From: Oopsacas minuta
Taxonomy: Eukaryota; Animalia; Porifera
NCBI GenBank assembly: GCA_024704765.1
Contig: JAKMXF010000088.1
Coordinates: 744,001 to 808,000, forward strand
DNA length: 64,000 bases
Reading direction: 5' to 3'
Under the pieces are notes generated by a model. The model made no database searches. It saw only the letters and a program-made list of their open reading frames with translations, and was not told the DNA's origin. Below are positions 15,001 through 24,975 of this stretch, piece after piece; position 1 is the first letter of the stretch; every line of letters starts with the position of its first letter. The position numbers and the translations under genes were made by a program.

Positions 15001-17220
15001 GAGAATACCTCACTAGGTGAGGAGCTTAAGAGTCTGCAAGAACAAGTATCAGAGAGGGGAATGAATAAATACGAAATGCAGCGTAACAACAAGAGGTTAG
15101 AAACAGAGAGAGCAGAGTTGTTAGAACATATTGAAGAGCTAGAGACTAACCTCACATCTGAACAGGGTAAACAGCTTAAACTACAGCTGGAAGGGACACA
15201 GTTTAGACAGGAAGTAGAGAGAAAACTCCTTGAAAAGGATGAGGAATTTGAAATGCTGAGGTGATGAATTAATCATAAATAACTCCTACTATTAACTTTA
15301 TTCCTCTTTAGAAAGAACCACCAAAAACAATTACTAGCTGTAAAGCATTCATTAGAAGAGGAATCGCGCTCTAAGAATGATCAAGTAAGACTTAAGAAAG
15401 GGAATGAAGCTAAGATATTAGATCTAGAGGATCAGGTGGAGCAACTAAAAAAGTATAACACAGATCTCACTAAACAGCTGAAGAGATCTCATATCCAATA
15501 TAAGGTCTGTTCATTGTATATATTGTAGGTACACCGAAAGTGTAGCAAACTAGTACAGCCTCGTTGCCTGGTTTTGACAGGAGGTGACTGTACTTGTATT
15601 GTTGTAGGAGAGCGCATCATCGTTAGAAGAAGAGAAGAAAATACAAGAGGATATGAAAGTGAATATTCTCAAAAGTGAGAGGAAATGTACTGAACTACAA
15701 TCTGAAATAGATCATTTGAAATCTCAGATAGCACAGGTAAGAATATCTAAAATATAGTCCATGGTGTGTAGCGGATAAAGTGGAGTATCATTAGTTCCAA
15801 TAATAACATATTAACACCTCATTTAGGCAGAGAGAGTAAAACGAGTAGCAGATGCAGATATAAGTGAGATAGCGGCAGAGGTAGATGGACTAAGAACTAC
15901 TATCAACACCTTACAAGGACAGAAACGGAAATTGGAAGAAGAAAAAGCAGATCTGGAAGAGGAGCTAGAAGATCTGGAAAATACGAACAGAGATTCTAAC
16001 GATAAATATCAAAACGCTATGGAGAAGGTAAACAAATAAACAAATAAATACTGGATGTGTAGCTTTATATTTTCACAACTTTTGGGTATTTTAGCTGGCA
16101 AGACAATCTGCTGATAATATACAACTCAAGGAACAAATACAAATATTAGAAAAACAAAAGGTAAAAAATAAATAGTACAAATGATAGCTGTAATTAAGTG
16201 TGAAGTGTGTCCTATAGTCTTATAGTGACAGACAAGTTAGAGAGTTAAATGCTCAGTTAGAAGAGGCGACAGAGTCCAGTGCTAAAATGCAGAAAAGACA
16301 GATAGCGAAACTCGAGGAGAAGGTATTAATAAACACACAAACAAACAAACAAACGAATGAATACACAAACAACTTTCTATTTTAGATAAGAGAAATGGAT
16401 ATTGCAATAGAAACAGAAATAAAAGGCAAAAAAGAGTTTGCAAAGAATATAAAAAAGTTAGTTTCATATACTCACCCCTAGTTACGTAAATGACATAAAA
16501 GAATGTATGTGTGTCTATATTTATACACAATTGATTGGTGGTAGAGTTGAAAGGAAGAACAGAGACATACAAGCACAGCTGGAGGAAGAGATTGCTATAA
16601 ATAGGAGAGTTAGTGAGGAGTTTGCTATTCTTAACAAAAAGTATAAAAGCTCCAAGCATGAATATGATGAAATAGTGAGTGCATTCCTATGACAAATTAT
16701 GTAGTTAGGGTACAGCTTCTCTATGGTGTATTCAAATTTCAACAATCTTTCAGTTTCTGGTAAAGTTAAGAGGAGTCTATTTTTCTTCTAGCAAACAGAG
16801 TTCGAAAGTTTAAAGTTAAAATACAGAAAAACTAAACAGGAAGTAGACGAGCTAGAAGAACAGCTGGCCGCTGAACAGAATGTCCGTAGTAGAGGAACAG
16901 GTACCAGCTGGCAGTCCCCTCTTAAGAGCACCAGAAGTAGCGGATACAACAGGTCTACTGCTGGTTCTGCTGGCGGTTTCCTTAGCTCACACGGGTTAGT
17001 GGATTCTTACAAAATGAGAGACGATAATGTGAGTTGTATAGATAGGAACCTCATTAATACGAAGTTACGAACACCAACAGACAGTCAAAATCTGTTTATC
17101 TTTATTAGTATATTCGTATTTACGAGGTTACGCTGTAGTTACGTAAATGTGTAATAGGAATGCAATGTATATTTATTGTGTTTTTAGTTGTTAGATGATT
17201 CTGATGATGGCCAAGATTAA
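6..17220 (+). CDS. MYH: Myosin II heavy chain, striated-muscle (ST) type; multi-exon (dozens of short exons)
   Basis: Manually spliced exons at GT-AG junctions, e.g. 6-197, 621-764, 841-997, 2700-2727, 2802 onward. They give the SH3-like N-terminus, [27 protein letters not shown]-loop [90 protein letters not shown], the IQ region and [12 protein letters not shown], then a long coiled-coil rod. The last exon 17188-17220 encodes [10 protein letters not shown]. Confidence 0.96.
1111..2340 (-). CDS. Intronless coiled-coil + NHL-repeat (6-bladed beta-propeller) protein, nested antisense in MYH intron 998-2699
   Basis: 409-aa ORF with an N-terminal coiled coil and NHL repeats ([60 protein letters not shown]). 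Confidence 0.9.
   Translation of the reverse strand: MAERFTIAPQVVDPIETHINYTIDGLIGLLNVRRAQLLKQVHNMREDEKAAEIARKEMTTQLTEAQAYLQGHLKENPLQFMQERITKEMEDKLRELRINNPVESVLKWQCDTCELETCISRLGDIVQEPVSVPKYSTFQTSTIATGKKGSGPGQLNNLRGVAIHEATNQIFVANYSNHRIEIFSDTGEYLNQLGVRQLNRPWGITIHGENVYVSCWGDSTINQFTLTDMSLVRKVGGMGSNNGQFNYPCQLTTDPIGQVFIADSDNNRISVHDTDLNHLRNITHKSMAQPVDVKVSRDRVYVLCLFNNPCIHVLTLEGYKLHSLITCGQGMGVLCPVFFCLDSLNNFVISDQYSHSIRVFSPEGNLLHKIGTKRHQKGMLYEPKGIAITPNGRLVCMSKNENYPLQIFY
5038..7188 (+). CDS. MCMDC2: MCM domain-containing protein 2 (meiotic, ATPase-degenerate MCM paralog); intronless, nested on the same strand in MYH intron 4884-7263
   Basis: 716-aa ORF with an MCM Zn-finger (CYKC...CEFC). Segments [33 protein letters not shown] and FYLASRRVR...[25 protein letters not shown] match recalled MCMDC2 sequence. 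No canonical Walker A or B motif. Confidence 0.88.
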   Translation: MEDKETLLISGTELICKSEGILDSILQQVKSQNSRLLTDFLYITLELDVEYIINNYHTLGDAMIHSNNKTVKYFKEILFSLITSNDFAVLQKPEQISIVLKYISLPGRLIYRKHDAIRNVRIGKIVKLAGQIISISETTKFVDSTCYKCYSKKCKLSEDQIFRHFEVGFSESNIFRRETYCEFCRGMLIEDVSKRVMCQKRKLKVRLFAPETESQNEKEMIDIGENIFATDTTSSESSQLQPRKNSEVTKKISNMKSQSIHLINMIIRGKQEPKLELGQFYYFVGQPVYGRADYSSQFVNLPLSIEVNNLWKETIPSDKVNTQELPEELVQLKQACEYSEWSFVASLVYSFASEICDPTIYGSVKLATLLSIVGGHCELNNKQKGNIHILVISQECGLVARILSYGVGMCPRGGMTAGGVQSEIGAVFQKEGVASGDLIGGALPITNEGVCFIPLFDFLKKEDKEKIQKALETGLVPVKVAKGLSNEDKQIATPSIAQIPLTATIWICGDNISKLKVSKSILNQGNLQRYYSKAFTDHFTFAYHTADDDVIDEVQSELMLNQAIGADSERLIESNDLKIWLEIASGIETELSQDCIELLNTFYLASRRVRQSDIDSCQISVVSLDSLVSLSVASARLNHRVKVLKCDAILAIVLFEESMVARFGYSVIGTKNNLFGWSPGCSMSEMIGKQFDARMRMLSHQIDSFCMAHGPIHREF
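8664..8818. mobile_element. pogo/Tc1-like MITE, family A (CAGT..ACTG termini, TA TSD)
   Basis: Imperfect TIRs cagtaaattctcgttata / ataacacgggggagttggctg. The internal sequence is shared with copies at ~441-592, 23753-23919, ~26810-26985, 35920-36056 and 47265-47409. Confidence 0.75.
11783..13033 (-). CDS. Intronless coiled-coil + divergent NHL/beta-propeller protein, nested antisense in MYH intron 11694-13291
   Basis: 416-aa ORF with an N-terminal coiled coil. The C-terminal blades are NHL-like ([37 protein letters not shown]). Confidence 0.8.
   Translation of the reverse strand: MAYRSTNSWSSPSSSITGIEGLRQKIENYKQEIKNNFKTYHEALNETETMLLSDLDGILAKGELDKRDIARQIEEVENANEFFQEQLKSSVNQVLTKNVATLNEEIRILKISTNKIPPIKLKWKFNYILPHIHELCTIEEGASPYKDSILKSSFIQKGKGKLDCLDFCYDKQDKKYYLVNQTTNYPEYKRGILILDSKFNIVSSHGLESALGNCYIKTSSNFIFIHYGRNLSTIMRIHKSHINYKRLTVSASVYCYRFDVFGDHLFVPSLNHAKENNILTLNITDLKVVQHIPINKAYTKCRFVDIRVTKSEIYLLLNSSKERSLQCIDHSGTFLREIISNTRGLQNPLSFCFDKNGNILIADGKIRVFNKFGRQIDSFGEEVEDYTIWAKCVAWDGISDQVMVLADHKGKFLHIY
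13079..13220. mobile_element. pogo/Tc1-like MITE
   Basis: TIR cagtgtaaccaggtaatatgaac / gttcatattacgaggtacactg followed by TA. It lies ~45 bp upstream of the nested NHL gene ATG at 13033. Confidence 0.7.
14480..14602. mobile_element. MITE family B copy (ggttataagaac...cttatgacc)
   Basis: Shared with 20416-20601, ~31140-31235, ~49090-49185 and 58713-58837, with fragments at ~32435, ~34770 and ~53720. Confidence 0.65.
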
Positions 17221-18913
17221 CAAAACAGATTTGTTCTTTATTATTGTTTTTATTCGCTAAAAGAGCGTTTGCTGTTGTTGTTGTTGTTATGTACATATCT
17301 GAATAAATAAGTTTGTATACATTATTAATATTTTGTATGAATACAATTGTTGTTATGTTTGTTTACTTGTGTACATTAAATAAAGTGAGTAAATTATACA
17401 AATAAAAGTAAGGAAAAATATCGAAAATAAAACAGCAATAATAGGTCGGAGATATCACAAACGCTTAGAACTTATATTATACAATAATTAACACGAGTTA
17501 ATAAATAAATTCCATGTCTCCCTTGCTGTTTCTAGGGAAATGAGACCTGAGTTTGTAGTGTATTTTCTGGTGAATTATGAATAAATTTTCATCAGAAAAA
17601 TTCCAAGTAAAGCATTCTGAAGAATGTTTGCATTTATCGCTAGATATCACGCTAACATCATATGACGCATAAATATATTTGAATAGTGAAAGTGCCTCTC
17701 CAACACAATTCTCGGAATAATGAAGTGTAGAGATAGCACTCAGAGGTGATATTATATTCCAATATTCAGCTGTATGATTATTCAACTATTGTACATGGTG
17801 GAGCCGATCTTGAATGATATGCTTTCGTGTCCAATTTTATAACTTTCATTTATTGACGTGGCTACTCAGCCGCAATGCATAGGCGCTTTAGCTACGCGGA
17901 TGAGCGGGCTTGAATATTGTATAAGCCTTTATTCGATATCCTGTTTACTACTCATAGTATGATGAAAGATCAAAGAGAGTATGATACACATAACATTCCA
18001 CAAATTGTGGGGTTGCTAGGATTAGTGAGCATGCTTAGCTGACCAAATAGAGTTAATTTCTATAGAATTCTTAGAACAAAACTGCTGATTGTTTTAATGA
18101 ATTCTGTTGGTATTTGCCTTATGATTTCATGACCTACGAGGAACACATGCAATATGATTTAATTCATGTATTAGTTATTGTCATTAGAATCAGTAGGTAA
18201 AGTGGAATAATTATGGAGTTGATCTACGTAGAATGAATAACAAATATTCTGCTGTACCCGGGTAGCTGGCATTTGTTCTTACTTGCCAACTTCACTTAAT
18301 ATTCAGAGGGGAATTTTTGAAATATTTTTTGTTATATTTCTGGAAGCTTTAATAGGGGAAATAACGTGGAAGCTTTTGCAATATAATCCTACGAAATATG
18401 TAAGAGATTGGCAAATATGAGTATCAAATAGCTTCGAATAAATCGACCAATTCAAGCGTAGTCTATATAATATACCACATAACTTAGCACCATATATGGT
18501 CATCTATTCATCTATTCAATAAATATCAAGGTTGATTTACTCATAACAATCAGTCCTGTACTCTATAGCTATTCATTACCGTGAAGTTATGTCATAGAAT
18601 ATAATTAAGGATAAGCAATAAATGCTGGATACTCTAGTGACGTGGAGATCTATAATCCTTGTGCCAGTATGTTTAAAATGTCCTCTCTAGTTTCCACTAG
18701 TGAACAAGGGTACCCACTGGAGTATTACAGAATATGCCCAAATATGGAAGTGGACTATATACAGTGGAGTTCGCCAATTAGTAAGTCTTACTATTAGAGG
18801 AATTATTCCAATGCAAAATGGACTCCAATCCCACGAAAAACTTATAATAGATTCGATAAGTAATTAGAGGGCTAAATAAACAAATATCTGTTAAGATAAA
18901 CAACTGTTGTCAC

Positions 18914-19020
18914 CAGGCTTGTACCGGGTCATGATATCCTGATCCGGTTCAGACCCGGAAATTTATTGAAAATATCGACCCGGTTGACCCCCGGTTTATT
19001 CGTGACCCGGTCCAAGCCTG
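18914..19020. mobile_element. hAT-type MITE (107 bp)
   Basis: 18-bp TIR caggcttgtaccgggtca / tgacccggtccaagcctg (17/18 match). 8-bp TSD gttgtcac / gttatcac (7/8). Six internal CCGG motifs. Confidence 0.85.
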
Positions 19021-19405
19021 GTTATCACCACCTCGTGAATTATATTATGGCTATTTAAGTAATCAGCTAACAGTACATTATCTATAAAAGTAATATATTA
19101 ATGAGAGTTGTGTATTTGATATTAATATCATCAAATTACATTAATTAACACCTCATGCTGATGTAATGTATAAGTAAATTCTGCAGGAGTAAGATTTACA
19201 ACAATTTCTATCTTTGGACAAAGTTAACCCAAATAATAGTCATAGCTATACAGCTCTGTTTAATGCATTAAGCGAGTGTACCCAATTAATAGAGGGAAAT
19301 CTGATTAACTATTGACATAGCAGAGCATTCGTACGTAATAGAATCAATTCAAGAGAGATGAAATAGCGCTATTAAGATGGTTAAGGAATTTCAATCGGTA
19401 TAAGG

Positions 19406-19495
19406 CAGCAGTTCCCAACCTGTGGTCTATAGACCCCTCGGTGGTACACGGACAACAGTAAGGGGTACAATGGTGCAAAGTGTTGGGAACCGCGG
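19406..19495. mobile_element. hAT-type mini-MITE (CAGCGGTTCCCAAC family)
   Basis: TIR cagcagttcccaac / gttgggaaccgcgg; 8-bp TSD gtataagg / gtataaag. Confidence 0.75.
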
Positions 19496-19960
19496 GTATA
19501 AAGCTTCCAACGGGAAAGGTTTGGATGTACCAATCTCGAGCATGTCGGCAGTTGATTGAGGAAAGTTATCAGAGATGAAGTGAGGAATGTCAGCACATGA
19601 TAACCAAAATAAATACACAGAAATTTCAATCTACAGGCTGATTGAATGGTGTTATGATATAAATAATGATATCTATCATATCAGTGAATCAATTCACAAA
19701 TTTTTATTATTTACGCGGCAAATTCAAAATAGTGCTCCCGTTGCTATGGACATCTAAAAGAATGTATAATAATCACACAATTAACTCTGATATGTTATTT
19801 TCGTATTCACATAAAAATCCAATTCAAATACACATGCATATCGAAAGCATTCAGCTGTTGCTATGCAGTATATAAAGAGGTTCTCTGCAAGCTGTGAGTA
19901 AATCAATCGAAAGTTTGAATATTTCTATTTAATATTTTGAAGAATATAATTACCATTATT

Positions 19961-21600
19961 ATGGATATTAAACATATCAAGTGTGCTGTAGTTGGAGATG
20001 GGTGAGTTCTAAGAAATAAATAGAGTTTTCGCGATTTCACTTTGGAAAAAATTATTGTATTGTTATTATTTTTGTTTACAGAGATGTTGGGAAGACTTGT
20101 TTACTTTACGCCTACACAATGAACAATTTTATTGGAGATTATGTCCCAACGGATATGGAAAACTTTTCAATAACAGTACAGAAAGAAGCTAAAATTGTTA
20201 AACTGGGATTAGTGGATACAGCTGGACAGATTTCCTATGAGAAGTTAAGGAAACATCTGTATAAAGATGTGGACGTATTCCTGGTCTGTTACTCAGTGGT
20301 CAATCCTACGTCTTACTGTAATGTTATAGATAAGGTCAGTACAATTATTATTTATCGTGATAATAAATAAAAGGCAAATAAAACCTCGGGAAACTATTTA
20401 AGAGTTTGGTAAGTACAGTCAATGCCGGTTATAAGATTGTCGGGAACTGGACATAATGTTCTTATAACGGGGAATAAAATATACAGGAATATGTGAGAAC
20501 CGTTTGCTGAAGATAGTTCTTATATCCGGTAAAAATTCAATGGAGTAAGATACAAAGGATTCAGTAAATCGAGTTATGGCTCTTATAACCGACATCTACT
20601 GTATCAGATATTCCAAACCCGCGTAAATATTTCGTCACTTCGAATTACCTAATGACTGAATTCATAAATAGAATATAATCTACCGCATTCCCATTTCTAT
20701 AATGGTTGCTAGGTAAAACACTTATTAAGTGTGTGTAGTTATCAGTACGATTTAGTAAACTCGATATGTAGATTAAAATATGTTAAGTTGACAAATACCA
20801 TATGGCCTTATCGGTACCCTTGATAAGTTTAAGCGGGGATATTCGTGGAAAGAGCCGATGGTCCGCTTAAGAGAGAAGAGAAGATTTTAACATCAATCTG
20901 TCGATTTAATTATGTGCAATCTTACAAGCATACTCTAAGCTATTTTAGTTAGTTTCATGATAGAATAGTTGGCATTTATCAGCTGATTAATCTGCTATGT
21001 AGCCAACATGTTTCCTGAGTGAAAATATATGCCTCTAAGTGATTTGTAGTGTACAAAGGAATTCGTGGTTTGGAGTCAATTGATGCTGCAATTAAATAAT
21101 AAGATATGACAGATAAGTAATTAAATATTGATATGATATGACCATATAAGGGCATAATAAAGCATGCTTTGTGTGTAATACCATTTAATTATATCATCTG
21201 CTTAACAAACTCACAAAATGAAAATTATTATGAATAAGCAGAACTGATAAAACTCGTTTACGTGTCATATCATTTTATTTTTTATTTTTAGTGGCAAGAA
21301 GAATTGAATTCTTACGATAGGAAGATACCTTTAGTAATCGTAGGGACCAAGACAGACCTTAGAGAGGACGAGAAGACACTCGAAATACTCCAAAAACACA
21401 AACAAAGAGCGAAAAGTAGGGAAGATGGTTTCGATCTGAAAAGGGACATAAAGGCTAAGAAATACTTAGAATGCTCTTCCTTAAAGAAAGAGGGAATAAA
21501 GGAAGTATTTGATGAGGTTATAAGGGTTGGATTACAGTTCAGGAAAGAGAAGAATTCCAACAGAAAAAAGAAAAGAACTACAAAATGTACATTTTTGTAA
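19961..21600 (+). CDS. Rho-family small GTPase (Rac/Rho-like, divergent switch regions), 3 exons
   Basis: Exons 19961-20001, 20082-20334 and 21292-21600. Motifs: GDGDVGKT, YVPT, DTAGQ, VGTKTDLR, Rho insert helix, ECSS, a polybasic tail and CAAX CTFL. Confidence 0.92.
20416..20601. mobile_element. pogo/Tc1-like MITE family B in Rho intron 2
   Basis: TIR cagtcaatgccggttataaga / tcttataaccgacatctactg, with TA on both sides. Confidence 0.8.
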
Positions 21601-21974
21601 CTCTAGTTATGCTCGTGTATTTGGTTCTATTCTCAAATATAAACTATTAAACAACTATCTATCTTCTATTGAAAGCAAAGAATGTTTGTAAGTTAGGTAT
21701 TGATTGAAGACCTAGCTAGCGAAACGCGCTAGTTATTAGCACCTATACAGGGGGGGATAGTACAACCCCCCCTCTCCTCAGGGGTACTTCTGTCATATTT
21801 GTATCACACAAATATTGGCTTTTGGGGGTAAAAATAGCACCCATATTACAAATAAATATAATAATAAAGTATGTACAAGAGAGTGGGATTTGATTGGCTA
21901 CGGGTAAATGTGAAAAGTATAAAAGGAAGTGAACGGCTAAAATCTGTTTTTATTTTCAAATTTATTAACTCGTC

Positions 21975-24663
21975 ATGTCACAAATAAGTAATATATATTC
22001 GGAAAATATTTGTGAGTATTCTTTTCAGAACTCAATCGACACACAACAACAACAACAAAATACACACAAACAACATACATATTATGTCATTTTCCCTGAC
22101 AACCAAGTGAGAGAATTATATTTACGGCGACCTAGCAAAATACATGGTAGAAGTATCCTAGAAGAAATTTGTATAACAAATGAGATCAAAGAGATCGATT
22201 CTTTTGGCTTACAATATATTGGAAAGAAAGGGGAATATCTTTGGCTAAATTTAAAAAATAAAATTCATGAAGAAATCGGCAGAAAGCCGAGTAGAAAACG
22301 TTCACAGGACTTCTACAGATTCTATTTTAGAGTCAAATTCTATTTACATCCACAGATGGTATTTACAGCTGGAGCCAAGTAAGACTTTGATAATTAAATA
22401 TGTGTTAACAATTCGAATTCTTAGTCACCAGATGGTAGTATAGACTGGATAATTAATGATTTTTGCAACTATCAAGAATTCCGCGCCTAGATGACTAACG
22501 AATTTGAACGGTCATTGAATTCCTTGTGGCATACCTATAGACTGTGACGTAGTTAAGCTAGTACAGCCCAGCTACCCTTTGACCGTTCTGTTATTTCCTG
22601 GATTTATGGATAAAACTCCAGCAAATATGTATTTATACATTAGTATACTATATCATGGGTGAAGTGAATTGGAATTCACCACAATGAGTAAAAAGCATAT
22701 TTTTAGTCATATTCGTAACTAGAGACTATTTCCAACCTTTGTACCATATTTAACCCCAAAAGGAGCCCAGTTTCCCAGGCATAAATACAGAATTGCTCTA
22801 ATAGTAATATATTAATAAAAAGTATGGTTTCATTGATGGGAAAAACAAGGTATTTGAATATGTAATGTGTAGAGAAATATACTTTGGAGAAGTTAAGACA
22901 AAATATCTAAAAGGAGGATTCAATTTATCTCTCAAGGATCAGATCTCAATTTGTGCACTTATGGCACAAGCAGAACTTGGACCAGTTCACCTATACACAG
23001 GGGAGATAGAGTACAGACAATTTGTACCCTCTAACCTCAAAGAAGGAACTGAGAGTCTGTTTCAAGCTTGTATCAAACACAAACATAAATCTATTAAATA
23101 CCTCAATAGACAGGTAATAGCATAAGTATAATATATGTAAAAGAGAATTTGTACGAATATCTAAGCGACAACTTTGCCATATAATCGACTTTGTTTCTAA
23201 ATAATTGGAATTTTGTTTTTTGGATAATTCAATCAATACGGGTTTGACTATGAATAAAGTACTAGTATTCTTACATACAATAAATAACAATAAATACTGT
23301 CATACAATCAAACCTGTGATGTAACAGACAGAGTATTGTCAGTCAAGAGCTCCCTACAAAATATAATACAGTAAAAACTCAATTTTTTCCTCGAATTTTC
23401 CATATTTTTTCAGTAAAATATGTATTTCCATAATAAAATTACAAACAGTAGAAAGTACGAAACTTTTTGTTCGTTGTAAGCGGTGATTTCAAGGAACGCA
23501 TCTACAAAATAGGAATAATACCCGTATTAATATTATATATCTCCAGGGTTGCATTCAGAAATTACTTTCAGTCCTTAGTGATAATAAAGAGTATGGAATG
23601 CAATGGTATAACAGACTACACATACTAACGGTTGGAGAGAGGGAGGAGAGCAAACAGCTGATACCGGTTGAGATGGGTATAGGACCGGAATATGTATATT
23701 TGTACTCTATTGATGGACAAGAATTGTACAGGTTGGTTGTGGGAATGAAATACAGTAAACTCCCTTAGATAGAAGCTCAAGGGACCGTAATTATTACTTC
23801 GGTATAACCAATGTAATATTTGTTACTTTGAAGGTTTGGGACCATATTTGTACAACTTAACACTTCGATAAAAGCGGGTATTTTGATATATCCGTGTTAG
23901 ATATAACGTGAGTTGACTGTACATACATTATAATTCGCATCTGTAGAAAATATATAATTATCACTGTCCTCGAATGATTCTTGTTTCTGTAATGCAAATT
24001 CCAAGAAAAGTTGCATTGTACTTTGCTTCTAGACAGTTTATCCCAATTATATTATTATTTCACTGTGATTTACTGGGTATGAATCTAACCTTTTATAGTT
24101 TTCACATCGGATTGGTTGAGAACCTACAGCGCACAAATAGAGGCTACTGTGTGGTGCATTTGAGAGCAGATGAAGGGACAGAAAGCGAAACAGGAATGAC
24201 TCTACACGTGGGTGGAGTAACCCCATATATTTCTATAGAAATATTCCGTGGATTAGCAGAGAGAGCTACATTCTATTTGTCTGATCAAGTTATTGACCAG
24301 ATTAAGAATGAATTACCAGTTAAACAGTGTCAATCCTGGACGAAGTCAAAAGCGAAATTCACCGTCTACACATACGATTTATTGCGTAACATGAAAGAGA
24401 GCTATAGCTTGCTTCTAGCAGAGCTCAGCAAGCCACGAGTAAGATTGTTAAGCGGACTACCCACCCATGAAAATGGAACATCTGGTACATTATTGGGTTC
24501 TCAATGCAAACTTTGTTATGACAATTTTGTATCAGTCGTATTCAAAGATTGCGGTCATGCTGTATCCTGTACAGAATGTCTATTCAAACTTAGTAATTGT
24601 CCTGTTTGTAGAAGTGAAGTTAAACTCAGCCACCTGACACCACTTATTACACCAATTAATTAA
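21975..24663 (+). CDS. MYLIP: FERM + C-terminal RING E3 ubiquitin ligase (MYLIP/IDOL-like), ~4 exons
   Basis: FERM: EIDSFGLQYIGKKGEYLWLNLKNKI...FRVKFY. RING: CKLCYDNFVSVVFKDCGHAVSCTECLFKLSNCPVCRS. Exons ~21975-22378, ~22872-23113, ~23548-23731 and 24099-24663. Confidence 0.88.
23753..23919. mobile_element. pogo/Tc1-like MITE family A in MYLIP intron
   Basis: TA-cagtaaactcccttagata ... atataacgtgagttgactg-TA. Confidence 0.8.
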
Positions 24664-24975
24664 CACTAATAAAGATTGAACAACAACATTAAATATGTAA
24701 ACAATAATAAGAACATTTATGTATTATCCTATTTATAGCTGTATACTTCGGCAGGATGAATGGCATTCCTAAGGTGGGTAAGATATCCAGCAGAGAACTG
24801 CCGTAGTTGTAATTAACTCTATAGAAAGTATGCAAAACAAAAAACTACAAAAAGCAAAAAAGTATTAATAAAGCAGGGTTGCAAGATCTGTTTAGCTGTC
24901 TATAGAAGAACAAATTATATTCTCTGTTATAGAAAAAAATAAGAAATATTCTGACATTAATAGTACTCACAGAAA

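Noticed and set aside
17498-17785. 95-aa minus-strand ORF, possible terminal exon
   Set aside because: No recognisable domain, and I could not build a phase-consistent upstream exon chain.
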